Of a stretch of DNA of 64,000 bases, positions 26,771 to 37,172 are shown one piece after another; the stretch's first letter is position 1; every line of letters begins with the position of its first letter. Position numbers and translations under genes: made by a program. The stretch is taken from positions 1,277,722 through 1,341,721 of the forward strand of contig JBHYGA010000001.1 of assembly GCA_051859245.1 (NCBI GenBank), given 5' to 3'. Below the pieces are notes generated by a model, which was not told the origin of the DNA, ran no database searches, and worked only from the letters and a program-made list of their open reading frames with translations. Source of the DNA: Gemmatimonadaceae bacterium. Lineage in GTDB: Bacteria; Gemmatimonadota; Gemmatimonadetes; Gemmatimonadales; Gemmatimonadaceae.

Positions 26771-29104
26771 GTGAACATCAGCCGACTCGCACGATTGAAG
26801 CTCAGCAGCGCCCCTCGGCGACCTCGTGGCCGTGAGGGGCGCCGTGTTGTACGCGAGTGCTATTGGCTGATGGTGCTGTTGCTGACGCTGTTGGTCCCCG
26901 GTGAACGCGCTTTGGCACAGGCCACAGAGCGCTGTGATCAAGCCGATCGTGTGCGGAGCATCGCCATCGAGGGGTCGGAAATTCAGACGGATGAACTGCT
27001 CACCGTACTGGCGACCACTGGCCCGTCGTTCTTCACACGCGTATTCAGAATTGGCGCCGCGCCATGCATCGATTCGCTCGAGGTCGAGCGCGACGGCCTG
27101 CGCATCGCGGTGCTGCATCGTCAGCGCGGTTGGTTTGGCGCCGGTGTTCGACCTGTTCTGAACAGAGATGCGAAGGGCACTCGCGTTCGCTTTCTGGTCG
27201 CCCCGGGTCCGGTCGCGCGACTTCGCACCATCACGGCAACTGGTCTCCCTGATTCTGGCCAGAACGGTAGCGCGCTCGCCGAGCCATTGCTCGCGCTGAA
27301 AGGGGAAGTGTTTGACCGCGTCCGGGTACAGGCAGTCACCGATCGCGTCCTCTCGCAGCTGCAAGACGCGGGATACGCGCGCAGCGCGCAGCCCGTCAGC
27401 ACGGTCACAATCGACACGGCCGAAGCACTCGTTGATCTCTCTGTTGCGTTTGCGCCCGGATTGCCGCTGCGCACCGGAAATGTTCTGATCGACATTACGC
27501 CGGTCGCGCGCCGAGCAGCGCGCTACGATTCCGCTGACGTGCTGCGCATGTCGAAGTTGGTGTCGGGCGAGCGGTATCGCGCGGTGAACGTTCTTGATGC
27601 GCAGCGCGCACTGTATCGCACGGACGCGTTTCGACTGGTGTTGATCGACACGATCACGCCGGCGGCAGGAAGTCCTGACAGCACCATTGATCTGCGCATT
27701 TCTGTGGCGGAAGCGCGAACGCGCTCGGCGCGTGTGGGAATCGGTTGGGGTACGCTTGAATGCGGCCGCGTACAAGGTCGAATTACCGACCGTGGATTCC
27801 TTGGGCCGGGCCGTCGTGTGGAGTTTGTGGCGCGCGCCTCGCGCATTGGCATCGGTCGGCCGCTCGATCAATGGCCCGGCTTGTGTCCGCAATTCCTGCG
27901 CGACGACCCCTACAGTCAGGAGCTCAACTACTACGTGGGCGTGTCGCTTGGCAACTCAACGTTCTTTGGTGCGGATCTGGCGCCCACGATTGATGTGTAC
28001 AGCGAGCGTCGTGGCGAGTTCAATGCGTTTCAGCTGGAAACGGATATCGGTGTTGGTGTCGCGCTTTCAAAGTCGCTCGGTCGTCGCACGTCAGCGAGCA
28101 TCGGTGCGGAGTACGAATCGGGCCGCATTGTCACAGACGCCGTGCTGGCCTGCGTTCGGTTCGCATTGTGCCAGCCGGCCGACTTCGCGCTCGCTCGCCA
28201 GGGGAACTCCACGCGCGCATTGACGGCGTCGTGGTTTCACGACCGCGTTGACAATGTGACGGACCCGTCGCAAGGTGGACGACTGCGGGCCGATTGGCGC
28301 ATTGGACTCACACGGTTTGCAGATTTGCAGGACTCTGCCGATCGTACGCAAGCGTATGCATTCAGTCGTCCGACGCTTGATGCTACCGGCTTCATTCCCG
28401 TGGGTGATGGCACGATTGCCGCGCGCGTGCAATGGTCACAGGTGTTCGCGCCCAATGCGATTCAGATTGCCGGCGCACCGTTCCTGCCGCCGCAGGAGCG
28501 ACTGTTCTCAGGTGGACAAAACACGGTTCGCGGATACCAACAGAACTTGCTCGGCCCCGTGGTCTACCGCGTAGATCGCTCGGGAGTGGATTCCGTCGCG
28601 TTCGGCAACTCGTATCAGCTCGTCGTACGCCCCGATGCAGCGGTGCGACTGCCGTCTCCAGAAGGTGGTACCGGTTCGGTGGTGGCGAATGTTGAGTACC
28701 GACGTCGCTTTGCGTGGCCCACGCGCGATTTGCAGTGGGTCGCATTTGTCGACGCAGGTACGGTGTGGGCGAGTGGTGTATCCGCGTTCTCGGTGCGCGA
28801 GATTCGCACAACGCCCGGCATCGGCGTGCGCCTCGATACGCCGCTGGGTCCGTTCCGCGTTGATATCGGATACAACCCGTTGCGGGCCGACGCTGGCAAG
28901 GCGTTTCTCTTTGACCTTGTTGACACACGCCGTGATGGTTCGGGCGTGCCGTACGTGATTTGTGTGAGTCCGGGACAGGAGCTTGAGTTCGACGAGCAGA
29001 TTGCCAGCGGGGGACTGGCGTGTCCGCGCACATTCCGGCCGGCTGCTGGTCGAAGTGCGCTGTCGCGGCTGGTCTTCCACTTCAGTCTTGGCCAGGCATT
29101 TTAA
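26771..29104 (+). CDS. tamA: Omp85-family TamA/BamA-like protein
   Basis: POTRA-like repeats, GGQNTVRGY, FVDAG, GIGVRLDTPLGPFRVDIG, C-terminal FSLGQAF; directly upstream of tamB. Start uncertain (26735/26771/26870). Confidence 0.85.
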   Translation: MNISRLARLKLSSAPRRPRGREGRRVVRECYWLMVLLLTLLVPGERALAQATERCDQADRVRSIAIEGSEIQTDELLTVLATTGPSFFTRVFRIGAAPCIDSLEVERDGLRIAVLHRQRGWFGAGVRPVLNRDAKGTRVRFLVAPGPVARLRTITATGLPDSGQNGSALAEPLLALKGEVFDRVRVQAVTDRVLSQLQDAGYARSAQPVSTVTIDTAEALVDLSVAFAPGLPLRTGNVLIDITPVARRAARYDSADVLRMSKLVSGERYRAVNVLDAQRALYRTDAFRLVLIDTITPAAGSPDSTIDLRISVAEARTRSARVGIGWGTLECGRVQGRITDRGFLGPGRRVEFVARASRIGIGRPLDQWPGLCPQFLRDDPYSQELNYYVGVSLGNSTFFGADLAPTIDVYSERRGEFNAFQLETDIGVGVALSKSLGRRTSASIGAEYESGRIVTDAVLACVRFALCQPADFALARQGNSTRALTASWFHDRVDNVTDPSQGGRLRADWRIGLTRFADLQDSADRTQAYAFSRPTLDATGFIPVGDGTIAARVQWSQVFAPNAIQIAGAPFLPPQERLFSGGQNTVRGYQQNLLGPVVYRVDRSGVDSVAFGNSYQLVVRPDAAVRLPSPEGGTGSVVANVEYRRRFAWPTRDLQWVAFVDAGTVWASGVSAFSVREIRTTPGIGVRLDTPLGPFRVDIGYNPLRADAGKAFLFDLVDTRRDGSGVPYVICVSPGQELEFDEQIASGGLACPRTFRPAAGRSALSRLVFHFSLGQAF

Positions 29105-29105
29105 C

Positions 29106-32100
29106 GTGGCCACTCGTCGAACCTACGTCCGCGTGTCGTTCGGAACGCTGGCCATGATTGTACTCACGGTCGTCGGTCTGGCGTGGTGGCTCTTTCGCTC
29201 AGATGGCGGACGTGCGCGGCTGGCGGCAACCATTGTTGCGGCGGCCAACAACGCCTTCGACGGGCGCGGACAGTTGGTGATTGGCTCCGTTCGCTCTGCG
29301 AATCCCGGCTCGATTGATTTGCGTGATGTGCAGCTGGTCGACACGCTTGGCGTGCCAATCCTGACCGTTGCGCAGGTGCGCGCAAAACTCGCCGTGCGCC
29401 CGTTCTTTTCAAAGGCGGTTCGCATTCGAGAACTCGAGCTTGATAGTGTGCGGCTCGAGCTGCGAAAAGATTTTGTGGGTCCGTTCAATCTGCAGTGGTT
29501 GCTCACGGGTGACCCCAACAAACCGCCCGCGCCACCGCGAGCTCTGCGCATTGGTGACGACGTCCTGATTGATCGGGTGGTGTTGCGCGAAGCAAAGATT
29601 GTGGTCACGCTGCCATGGTCACCGCATCCGCTTTGGGTGGGCGCCGAGCGGGACAGCATCACCGCGCTGCGAGACAGCCTGCACGAGTTGGTGCGGGTAC
29701 CGGGCGGAATTTTTGAGATTCGGCGTTTTGACATCGGGCGACTGGTCGGGCGTGATCTGTACGCGATCACGCCTGACGATGCGCCTGGAGCACTCACGAT
29801 AGACAGCGCCACGTTGCTTGTGTCGGACCCGCCGGTGCGTGTGCGCGATCTTGGTGGTGAAGTGAAGTGGTACGACGATTCACTCAGCTTCCGCGCGACG
29901 CGTGTGTTGTTGCCCGACTCGAAACTTGCCGCGGGTGGCATGATTTCGTGGTACCGACCCGGGCCCGTGCAATACGATGTCAGCATCAGCGCGCCCGACG
30001 TGGCGCTGACCGACATTAACTGGACGTGGCCCGTGTTGCCTGAGAGTGGTCGAGGTTCGGCCACCGTGCGCATGCGCACACTCGAAAATCCGGACCACCT
30101 CGAGATTGCGATCACTGATCTCGATGCGAAAGCGATGGAGTCGAGCGTCGCTGGTAACATCACGATGGTGGTAGAGCCGCGAGACTTTTTGCTCCGCGAC
30201 GTAGCGCTCGATTTCGAGCCCATGACCACAGCGCTTGCGGCCCGACTGACGGAAGATGTGCTGCCGCCAGAACTCGACGGCTCGTTTACGGGCCGATTCG
30301 TTGCGAAAGCCGGCGGTTCGCTGAACGCACTGCGCATTGACTCGCTGCGCCTGGCGTTTGACGACGCGACCACACCGGGCGCGCGCTCTCGCGTCAGTGC
30401 CAATGGCGTCGTCGCGATCGGCGTCAATCCCACGGCGCGTGATGTGCGGTTCAGCAACTTGTCCGTCGACCTTCGCACCGTACGCACGATTGTGCCGGAT
30501 TTGCCGGACGCGGTGAACGGTATGATCACCGGCAACGGTCGCGTGGCGTCTGCGTCGCTGGACGCGGCGGACGTTCGCGATCTGACACTGCAGTGGACCG
30601 ACGACGCGGGACATGTCTCGGCCGTGACTGGTCGCTCGGCCGCTCGCTGGAATACGCGAACCACATCGGTGGATGTGGCGCTCGCGTTCTCACCGTTTGA
30701 TTTGCAATCAATTGCGCGGTGGGACACGGCCTTTGTTGGGCGCGGCATGTTGCGCGGCAGCGTTGAAGCGAAGGGCGCATTGGACAGTCTGCCCTTCTCG
30801 GTGATGCTGACGCAGGTAGAAGATGGAGCGGGTGCGCTGAACGCCACCGGCTGGCTGGGAGCCACCACCAACGCGGCGGATTCGCTGGATTGGCGCACGA
30901 ATGTTGCCCTGACACTGGATTCCGTAAACGCTGAGCGCTGGCTACGTGCGGGAATGGCTCCAGTGACGCGTGTGGGTGGCACGATCAATGTTGTGGCGCG
31001 TGGGTCGGGTGGCACGGCGGATACGGCACGCGTCACCGCAGCACTGTTGCAGCCCGGCGCAGACACGCGCACACCGTTCTCACTGTTTGGTGCCGGAAGT
31101 TGGGGCGCCGAGGCGTTGAGCGTGGACTCACTGCGTGCGTTCGCGCCCGGCTTCGTGTTTGAAGGCGACGGTGGTCTCGCGCGCGACTCGGCTGGCCGCG
31201 CCACGTTCCGCGGCTCGCTGCGCATGGACTCGCTCAGTCGTGTTCGGGCCGAGTTGCCACGATTGGCTGGCATGATCGCACAAGTGGACACTGCGCTGGC
31301 CGCGACGGTACGCGGATACGCGGCCGACTCGTTATCCGGAGATCTCAATCTCTCGGCGTACGGCGAGGGATCGTTCGCAAACTATCTGACCAGCCTGGCG
31401 GTTGCCGGCAATCAGATTCAGGTGGGCGAAATCGTCATCGGGCGACTGTTCGGCTCGGCGCGCGCCGACAACTTGCCTGGTGAAGCGTCGTTTGTTGTGG
31501 CCGCCACGGCGGATTCAGTGGAAGGCGTTGGAGGGCTACGCATCGCCACCGCAAACTTTGGCGTTGACGATGCCACCTCCAAAGCGGGCGCGTTACGCTT
31601 TGATTTGCTCGCGCGCGATACGTCGCGACTTCGCATGCGCGGACAGTTTGCGCGAGGCGATGATACGTTACTCGTGCGCACGGACAGTGTGCGCTTCAGT
31701 TATGCGAACGTGGTGTGGACCAACCCGCGACCGCTGGTGTTGCGTGATCGTGCCGATGGATTCAGCATCGATTCATTCAGCCTGCTGTCGAATCAGGGCG
31801 GCAGTTTGCAACTGGGCGCGCAGGTGCCGCTCACGGATCCGATCAGTGCGTATCTGCGACTTGATCAGTTTCCGGCCGGCGAAGTAGCGGCGTTTGCGCT
31901 CGGGACAGAGCGCCTGCCAGGGTTGATGAGCGGATCGGCGGAGCTGAGCGGTGTGCGACGTGATCCACGGATCACTGCCGATTTTCAGGTAGACTCGCTC
32001 GGCTCCGCGAGCGCGAGTTTGAGCGGCGTACGCGTGCAAGCGGGCTACGCGGAGCAGCAACTCGATCTCAGCGCGTCGGTGTCGGATACGGTTGGTCGCT

Positions 32101-33647
32101 CCCTGCGCGGCGATGTGCGATTGCCCGCCGACTTGCGACTGCAGTCCGTGATCGGCGAGCGCATTTACACCGAAGAGTTGAACGGAACGATCGTCGCCGA
32201 CTCGGTGCGTCTGCGTGACCTGCCGCTTCGCCTTGTGGATGTGCGCGATCTCGATGGTTTTGTCACGGGTCGCTTCACGCTCGGTGGAACCTTCGACGCA
32301 CCGTCGTTTGAAGGAGGCATGAAGCTGCAGGGCGGCACGCTGTTCAGTGATGTCCTCGGAATTCGACCAACAGGTGCCAGTCTGGATTTTGTGGCCGGTG
32401 GTGATTCGTTGCACGTGGCGAGCTTTCGTTTTCAGAGTGGTGCTCGCGCGTCCGATACGCTGCATCTCACGGCGACAGTGCGGCGTCCACTGCGCGACAA
32501 CCCTGCAGTCACGCTGCGTGGATATCTGGATAACGTGCAGCTCGCCAATCAGCGCGATGGCACCGCGCTCGATATGGTCGGCAGCTTCCAGCTTGGCGGC
32601 AACCTGCCGCGTCCCACCGTGTCGGCAAATCTCTTTGTCCCGCGTGCCACGCTCGTACTCGATCTGACCGAAGCTCGAACGGTGCTCGACCTGAATTCGC
32701 CCGAGGCACGCGCATTGCTCGCTGAAGACGAACTGCCGGTGGTGCTGACAGCGGGCGATCAGTTCACCGCACTCGGCGAGTATCTGGGAGCGCGTGACGT
32801 GCGCGTGCGCCTTGGCGACGAAGTGTGGGTGCGCACGCGTGAGGCCACCGTCAAGCTTGCTGGTGACGTGACGGTACTCGAAGCCGATGGCCAGCGTTTG
32901 TCGCTCGACGGCGAAGTACAGGTTGAGCGTGGAACGTATCGACTTGATCTGGGTGTGGTGAATCGACCATTCGCCGTGGACAGCGGGCGTGTTCGCTTCT
33001 TCCCGCAGGATACATTGAATCCCACGCTTGATGTGCGCGCGCGCCACGTGGTGCGCGGCGTTGACGGTCGTGATGTCGCTATTGATGTGACCATCGGCGG
33101 GAACCTTGAGAAACCCACCTTGGCGCTCAGTTCACAAGACGACGCGTACGCGCAGGCACCGGAATCAGAACTCATCTCGCTGCTCGTATTCGGTGCGCCC
33201 ACCTTTGCGCTCGATCGACAGAGCCAGCAAACGGTGCGCGCGGTTACCGGTCTCATTGTGCCAACCCTGAGTGGTTTTGCCGAGGGCACGCTGCAGCGAC
33301 TGCTCCCCGTGTTCAATACCGTACAAGTGAGCTCGGCGGGTGGGCAGAGCAGTGAAGAGCTTGGGGTATTGTCACTGCTCGACAATCTCAGCGTGACGGC
33401 CGGCAAGCAGCTGGGCACGCAAACGTATCTGCGTCTCGATACGGGCGTGTGCCGCAGCGTGTCCACTGATGCAGCGCGGCGATTGAATCTCTGGTACGGT
33501 GTGGCGATCGAGTATCGCTTCAAGCCGGGACTCACAGGGCAGGTCGGTGTTGATCCCGGGCCGAGCCCGTGCAGCGGCCAAGGCGGGCTGGCGGCAAGTC
33601 GGCGCATGCAGGTGGGTTTTGATCTGTTTAAGGAGTGGGTGTTTTAG
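29106..33647 (+). CDS. tamB: Translocation and assembly module TamB
   Basis: N-terminal TM anchor, long beta-rich body, C-terminal DUF490-like region (G.V.VERGTY, NPTLDVRA, GGNLEKPTLALSS, ISLLVFG). Confidence 0.85.
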   Translation: MATRRTYVRVSFGTLAMIVLTVVGLAWWLFRSDGGRARLAATIVAAANNAFDGRGQLVIGSVRSANPGSIDLRDVQLVDTLGVPILTVAQVRAKLAVRPFFSKAVRIRELELDSVRLELRKDFVGPFNLQWLLTGDPNKPPAPPRALRIGDDVLIDRVVLREAKIVVTLPWSPHPLWVGAERDSITALRDSLHELVRVPGGIFEIRRFDIGRLVGRDLYAITPDDAPGALTIDSATLLVSDPPVRVRDLGGEVKWYDDSLSFRATRVLLPDSKLAAGGMISWYRPGPVQYDVSISAPDVALTDINWTWPVLPESGRGSATVRMRTLENPDHLEIAITDLDAKAMESSVAGNITMVVEPRDFLLRDVALDFEPMTTALAARLTEDVLPPELDGSFTGRFVAKAGGSLNALRIDSLRLAFDDATTPGARSRVSANGVVAIGVNPTARDVRFSNLSVDLRTVRTIVPDLPDAVNGMITGNGRVASASLDAADVRDLTLQWTDDAGHVSAVTGRSAARWNTRTTSVDVALAFSPFDLQSIARWDTAFVGRGMLRGSVEAKGALDSLPFSVMLTQVEDGAGALNATGWLGATTNAADSLDWRTNVALTLDSVNAERWLRAGMAPVTRVGGTINVVARGSGGTADTARVTAALLQPGADTRTPFSLFGAGSWGAEALSVDSLRAFAPGFVFEGDGGLARDSAGRATFRGSLRMDSLSRVRAELPRLAGMIAQVDTALAATVRGYAADSLSGDLNLSAYGEGSFANYLTSLAVAGNQIQVGEIVIGRLFGSARADNLPGEASFVVAATADSVEGVGGLRIATANFGVDDATSKAGALRFDLLARDTSRLRMRGQFARGDDTLLVRTDSVRFSYANVVWTNPRPLVLRDRADGFSIDSFSLLSNQGGSLQLGAQVPLTDPISAYLRLDQFPAGEVAAFALGTERLPGLMSGSAELSGVRRDPRITADFQVDSLGSASASLSGVRVQAGYAEQQLDLSASVSDTVGRSLRGDVRLPADLRLQSVIGERIYTEELNGTIVADSVRLRDLPLRLVDVRDLDGFVTGRFTLGGTFDAPSFEGGMKLQGGTLFSDVLGIRPTGASLDFVAGGDSLHVASFRFQSGARASDTLHLTATVRRPLRDNPAVTLRGYLDNVQLANQRDGTALDMVGSFQLGGNLPRPTVSANLFVPRATLVLDLTEARTVLDLNSPEARALLAEDELPVVLTAGDQFTALGEYLGARDVRVRLGDEVWVRTREATVKLAGDVTVLEADGQRLSLDGEVQVERGTYRLDLGVVNRPFAVDSGRVRFFPQDTLNPTLDVRARHVVRGVDGRDVAIDVTIGGNLEKPTLALSSQDDAYAQAPESELISLLVFGAPTFALDRQSQQTVRAVTGLIVPTLSGFAEGTLQRLLPVFNTVQVSSAGGQSSEELGVLSLLDNLSVTAGKQLGTQTYLRLDTGVCRSVSTDAARRLNLWYGVAIEYRFKPGLTGQVGVDPGPSPCSGQGGLAASRRMQVGFDLFKEWVF

Positions 33648-33856
33648 CGGGCATGGCGTTGGATTGTGACCCAGTACTGCTGCGCGGGCGCCACGAAATC
33701 AGCACGGCGCGAGAGGTAACATTCATCTCGCGGACCAAACGCCGTCACTAGCGCGGCGAACTGTGGGAATGCGCTCGCCTGTGGCGCGCGCCGCGAGTAT
33801 CACCATGCGAGCCCCCTCGGCGCTTGGCAGATCCGATCGCGTGTCGCCATCGCACG

Positions 33857-33873
33857 TTGGTACAGCGTTTGCA
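33857..33873 (+). promoter_or_regulatory. sigma54 (-24/-12) promoter
   Basis: TTGGTACAGCGTTTGCA: GG-N10-GC, about 50 nt upstream of the PEP-CTERM ATG. Confidence 0.75.
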
Positions 33874-33923
33874 GCTAGAGTGTGTAATCGGCGTCACCAC
33901 TTCATCACCAGTCCAACTACCCA

Positions 33924-34616
33924 ATGAACGTTCTATCTCGTGCGATCTGCCTCGTTGCGCTGAGCAGCACCTCGGTACTCGCTCAGTCCTATGCGGGCAC
34001 GTTCACCAAAGGCAGCCCGGCGGTCATGGCCGGACTGTACAAGAACAACATTGGCGTTGGACCGTATGCGGGAACGCTGACGGCAGCGGGCGCCCCGGCG
34101 CCGGTGCAGATCGACATCACGTCGGCGAACTCAGGCTTCAGCTTCTGGTGCGTTGACGGCAAGGGTGCGTTTCAGACCGACAACTCAATCACCGTGCAGA
34201 CGATCGCGTCGCTTGGCGCCGGTGATCTGAAGACCAAGCTGGCAAAGGCCGCGTACGTGACCACGCTGTACCAGGGATTTGGCGGCACGGCCAACGCGGC
34301 GAACATCAGCAACTTCAACGCCGCGATCTGGAGCATCATGGGCTACACGCCCGCCGGACTGATCCCCGGTGATGTGACAACTGTTGGTAACTATGTGGCG
34401 GCGGCAGACGCCGGCTACGGATCGCTCGACCTCAGCAGCTTCTACTACGTGCAGTTTGACGCGGCGGGCTACGCAAAGGGCGGCGCGCAGGAACTGATCT
34501 TTCAGGGTGTTGGCGAGCCGTTTATCTCGGTGCCGGAGCCCGGCACGTTCGCGCTGCTCTCAGTCGGCCTGTTCGGTATCGCGGCCGTTCGTCGTCGTCG
34601 CGGCGCTACCGCGTAA
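33924..34616 (+). CDS. PEP-CTERM exosortase-target surface protein
   Basis: Signal peptide; FWCVD and AAIW motifs; C-terminal VPEPGTFALLSVGLFGIAAVRRRR. Confidence 0.95.
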   Translation: MNVLSRAICLVALSSTSVLAQSYAGTFTKGSPAVMAGLYKNNIGVGPYAGTLTAAGAPAPVQIDITSANSGFSFWCVDGKGAFQTDNSITVQTIASLGAGDLKTKLAKAAYVTTLYQGFGGTANAANISNFNAAIWSIMGYTPAGLIPGDVTTVGNYVAAADAGYGSLDLSSFYYVQFDAAGYAKGGAQELIFQGVGEPFISVPEPGTFALLSVGLFGIAAVRRRRGATA

Positions 34617-36068
34617 CGCCACAGCTGTCAGCAGTGCTTCAACTTGCGGCCGTCCCCTGGTTTTCAGCCAGGAGACGGCCGTTCCAGCAAGTACACCCAG
34701 CCCGCGCGCGACCGACACAATCCGATCTTCGCCCGGCACTTCGCCGAACAGCGTGCCAAGAATCTCCCGACGCATGCGAAGCACCACGGGCGACGCGACC
34801 TGAATACTGTTGAATGATGGATCGTATTTCGCACCGACGCCTTCAATGAGCGCGGCCGTGCGCGCGAAATACACGAGTTCTCCAGGCAATACAATCGGCC
34901 AGTCAAAGAGCTCGCGCATCACGCGGTCCGCGAGCACCTGCGCACGCTCGGCGGTGGTTCCGCTGTCGTAGGCAATCTCGAGCAGCGTGCGCACCAACGC
35001 TTCCATGGTTTCCACCGGGGTGCCCGGTGTCACCAGACCGAGCGCGTAGAAGCCAGAGACGGTGGCCGGCACATCGCGTCGAATCGCGGCCAGCACCGTA
35101 TTGAACAGCGCACGACGCGTGACCGTGTCGACATCAATCACCATGCCGAAGTCGAGCAATACGAGCGCGCCGTCTGGTGCAACGAGCAAGTTGCCCGGAT
35201 GCGGATCGGCGTGAAAGACACCGTCGCGCAGCATCATCCGCGCGTACGTCTCAATCAGCTGTTCCGCGAGTCGCGCTGGATCCACTTCGCCGCTGGCGAC
35301 GCGCGCGTCGAGCGCATCAACACGTGTTCCCTCAAGAAACTCCATGACCATGGCGCGTTGACGCGTGTACGCACCTTCAACGCGGGGAATGCGAAGCCGT
35401 CGGTCATCGCGGAATCGCGCACGCATGCGTTCGCACTGCGCGGCTTCACGCCGAAAGTCCATTTCTTCTTCAACGCGCTTTCGAAACTCGGTGAGCACCA
35501 CACGAACGCCATTCACGTGGTGATGCCGAAACCGCTCGTACACTTTGTCGGCCAGCCAGGATGCGATCGCCCCATCACGACGCACAACGGCTTCAACGCC
35601 CGGTCTCAACACTTTCACCACCACATCGGTGTTGTTCACGCGCGCGCGATGCACCTGGCCGAGCGATCCAGCCGCGAGCGGTGTGCGGTCTAGTTCCGTA
35701 AAGAACGTTTCGGGTGCTTCGCCGTACGCATCGACGAGCGCACGTCGGATGACCTTCCACGAGACGGGCGGCACACGATCAGTCAGCGTCGCAAGCTGAC
35801 TCAGGTATGGTTCGGGCACGAGATCGGCGCGCGCCGCAAAGATCTGCGCGAGCTTGACAAACGCCGGTCCGAGCGTCGCCACACTGTGCACCAGGTCGCG
35901 TGCCCGACGCTCGTGAAAATTGTGTGTTCGTCGCATGGGCGCACCCCACCACACCCATTGCTTGACATCGCGCCGGAAGGAAACGAGCAGCGGCAACGTG
36001 TGCCAGGAGATGCGCACAGCGCGCGCACCGAGCCGCAGGGTCTCGACTATCGATCGAGGTTCGGTCAC
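34560..36068 (-). CDS. ABC1/UbiB/AarF-family atypical kinase
   Basis: LGPAFVKLAQ, AAGSLGQVHRA, VVKVLRP, FHADPHPGN, LDFGM; GTGA overlap with the SDR stop. Confidence 0.92.
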   Translation of the reverse strand: MTEPRSIVETLRLGARAVRISWHTLPLLVSFRRDVKQWVWWGAPMRRTHNFHERRARDLVHSVATLGPAFVKLAQIFAARADLVPEPYLSQLATLTDRVPPVSWKVIRRALVDAYGEAPETFFTELDRTPLAAGSLGQVHRARVNNTDVVVKVLRPGVEAVVRRDGAIASWLADKVYERFRHHHVNGVRVVLTEFRKRVEEEMDFRREAAQCERMRARFRDDRRLRIPRVEGAYTRQRAMVMEFLEGTRVDALDARVASGEVDPARLAEQLIETYARMMLRDGVFHADPHPGNLLVAPDGALVLLDFGMVIDVDTVTRRALFNTVLAAIRRDVPATVSGFYALGLVTPGTPVETMEALVRTLLEIAYDSGTTAERAQVLADRVMRELFDWPIVLPGELVYFARTAALIEGVGAKYDPSFNSIQVASPVVLRMRREILGTLFGEVPGEDRIVSVARGLGVLAGTAVSWLKTRGRPQVEALLTAVALRGSAATTTNGRDTEQAD

Positions 36069-37018
36069 GACGCTGTCGCTCCGCCCGCCGCCGTCGCGTG
36101 CACAGCAGCGGGGTTGAGCTGCTCCAGTCCAGCAATCTCGATGGTCCGATCCCACAACAGCTCGGCCGCTCGGGCATCTCGTGCTGCGGCGGAGGGCTCA
36201 ACGCGTTCACGTTGTACCCAATACGAGCCGCTGTTCCGCGTGGCTTCCGACGACGCAAGCAACCACGCGGCCGTGTCTGAGCCCGCCATCGCCGATACCG
36301 AGAACCAGTCCATCACGCGCCGCTGCAGTCGACCAAACGCACCATTGTTGGCCGCAAAGCGCGACGCCACAAGCCCGGGGTGCAGCGCGTGCACCACGAC
36401 CGCGTTGGCGTCAACGCGCTGCGCGAGTGCGCGTGTGAACAGAATGTTTGCCAGCTTGGATTGTGCGTAGGCTGACCAACCGGAATAATCGCGCTCGCCT
36501 TGCAAGTTGTCGGCGCGAAATCGCGCGCGTACGTGGGCGCGCGAGGCCACATTCAGCAGGCGCGCCGGTTCACCGTGGTTCGCACCCGCGTTCAGGCTCG
36601 GCAGCAGGTGCAGTGCCAGCGTTACATACGCCACGTGATTGAGCGCGAATGTGCGCTCGAGCCCGTCACGGGTGAGCGCTCGCTCCAGAAAGATGGCGCC
36701 GGCATTGTTCACCAGCGCAAAGACTTGTGGATGCGCGGCGGCGAGTCGTTCGCCAAGCGCGTGTTGCTCGTCAAGGTAGAGCAAGTCCGCGATTTCCACC
36801 GAGACCGTTCGCGATCCCGTGCGGTTCATCACCACGTTCGCGGCGTGCGTCGTTTTGGCCTGGTTTCGACCAACCATCACCACACGTGCGCCGGCGCGAG
36901 CGCATCGTTCGCTCAGCGCCTTGCCAATCCCGTCGCTGGCACCGGTGATAACCACCGTGCGATCGCGAAGGGTGTGTTGCGGAAGTGGGTCGGTATCAAA
37001 AACCGGATCAGCGCGCAC
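36065..37018 (-). CDS. Short-chain dehydrogenase/reductase (retinol-DH-like)
   Basis: ITGASDGIG, NNAG, YAQSK (YxxxK), HPGLV. Confidence 0.92.
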   Translation of the reverse strand: MRADPVFDTDPLPQHTLRDRTVVITGASDGIGKALSERCARAGARVVMVGRNQAKTTHAANVVMNRTGSRTVSVEIADLLYLDEQHALGERLAAAHPQVFALVNNAGAIFLERALTRDGLERTFALNHVAYVTLALHLLPSLNAGANHGEPARLLNVASRAHVRARFRADNLQGERDYSGWSAYAQSKLANILFTRALAQRVDANAVVVHALHPGLVASRFAANNGAFGRLQRRVMDWFSVSAMAGSDTAAWLLASSEATRNSGSYWVQRERVEPSAAARDARAAELLWDRTIEIAGLEQLNPAAVHATAAGGATAS

Positions 37019-37172
37019 AGTGTGGGCAAATGGGAAGCAGTACGAACCGCACGTTGCGGTCGCGCCATTGAACTACTACCCCAATGCGCCGGTCACGTCA
37101 CCGGGTCCCGACAATCTTCAGCCTGCCCCCGGCGTGCGCGCCCGGGCGACTGATTGTCGACCGCTCGGCGCG

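Noticed and set aside
26585..27892. Extension making a 1309-aa DUF5916 ORF
   Set aside because: Antisense to tamA, Arg-rich shadow sequence; the signal peptide starts near 26584.
29123..33047. 741-aa and 424-aa antisense ORFs within tamB
   Set aside because: Ser/Arg/Ala-rich shadow frames, expected in high-GC DNA.
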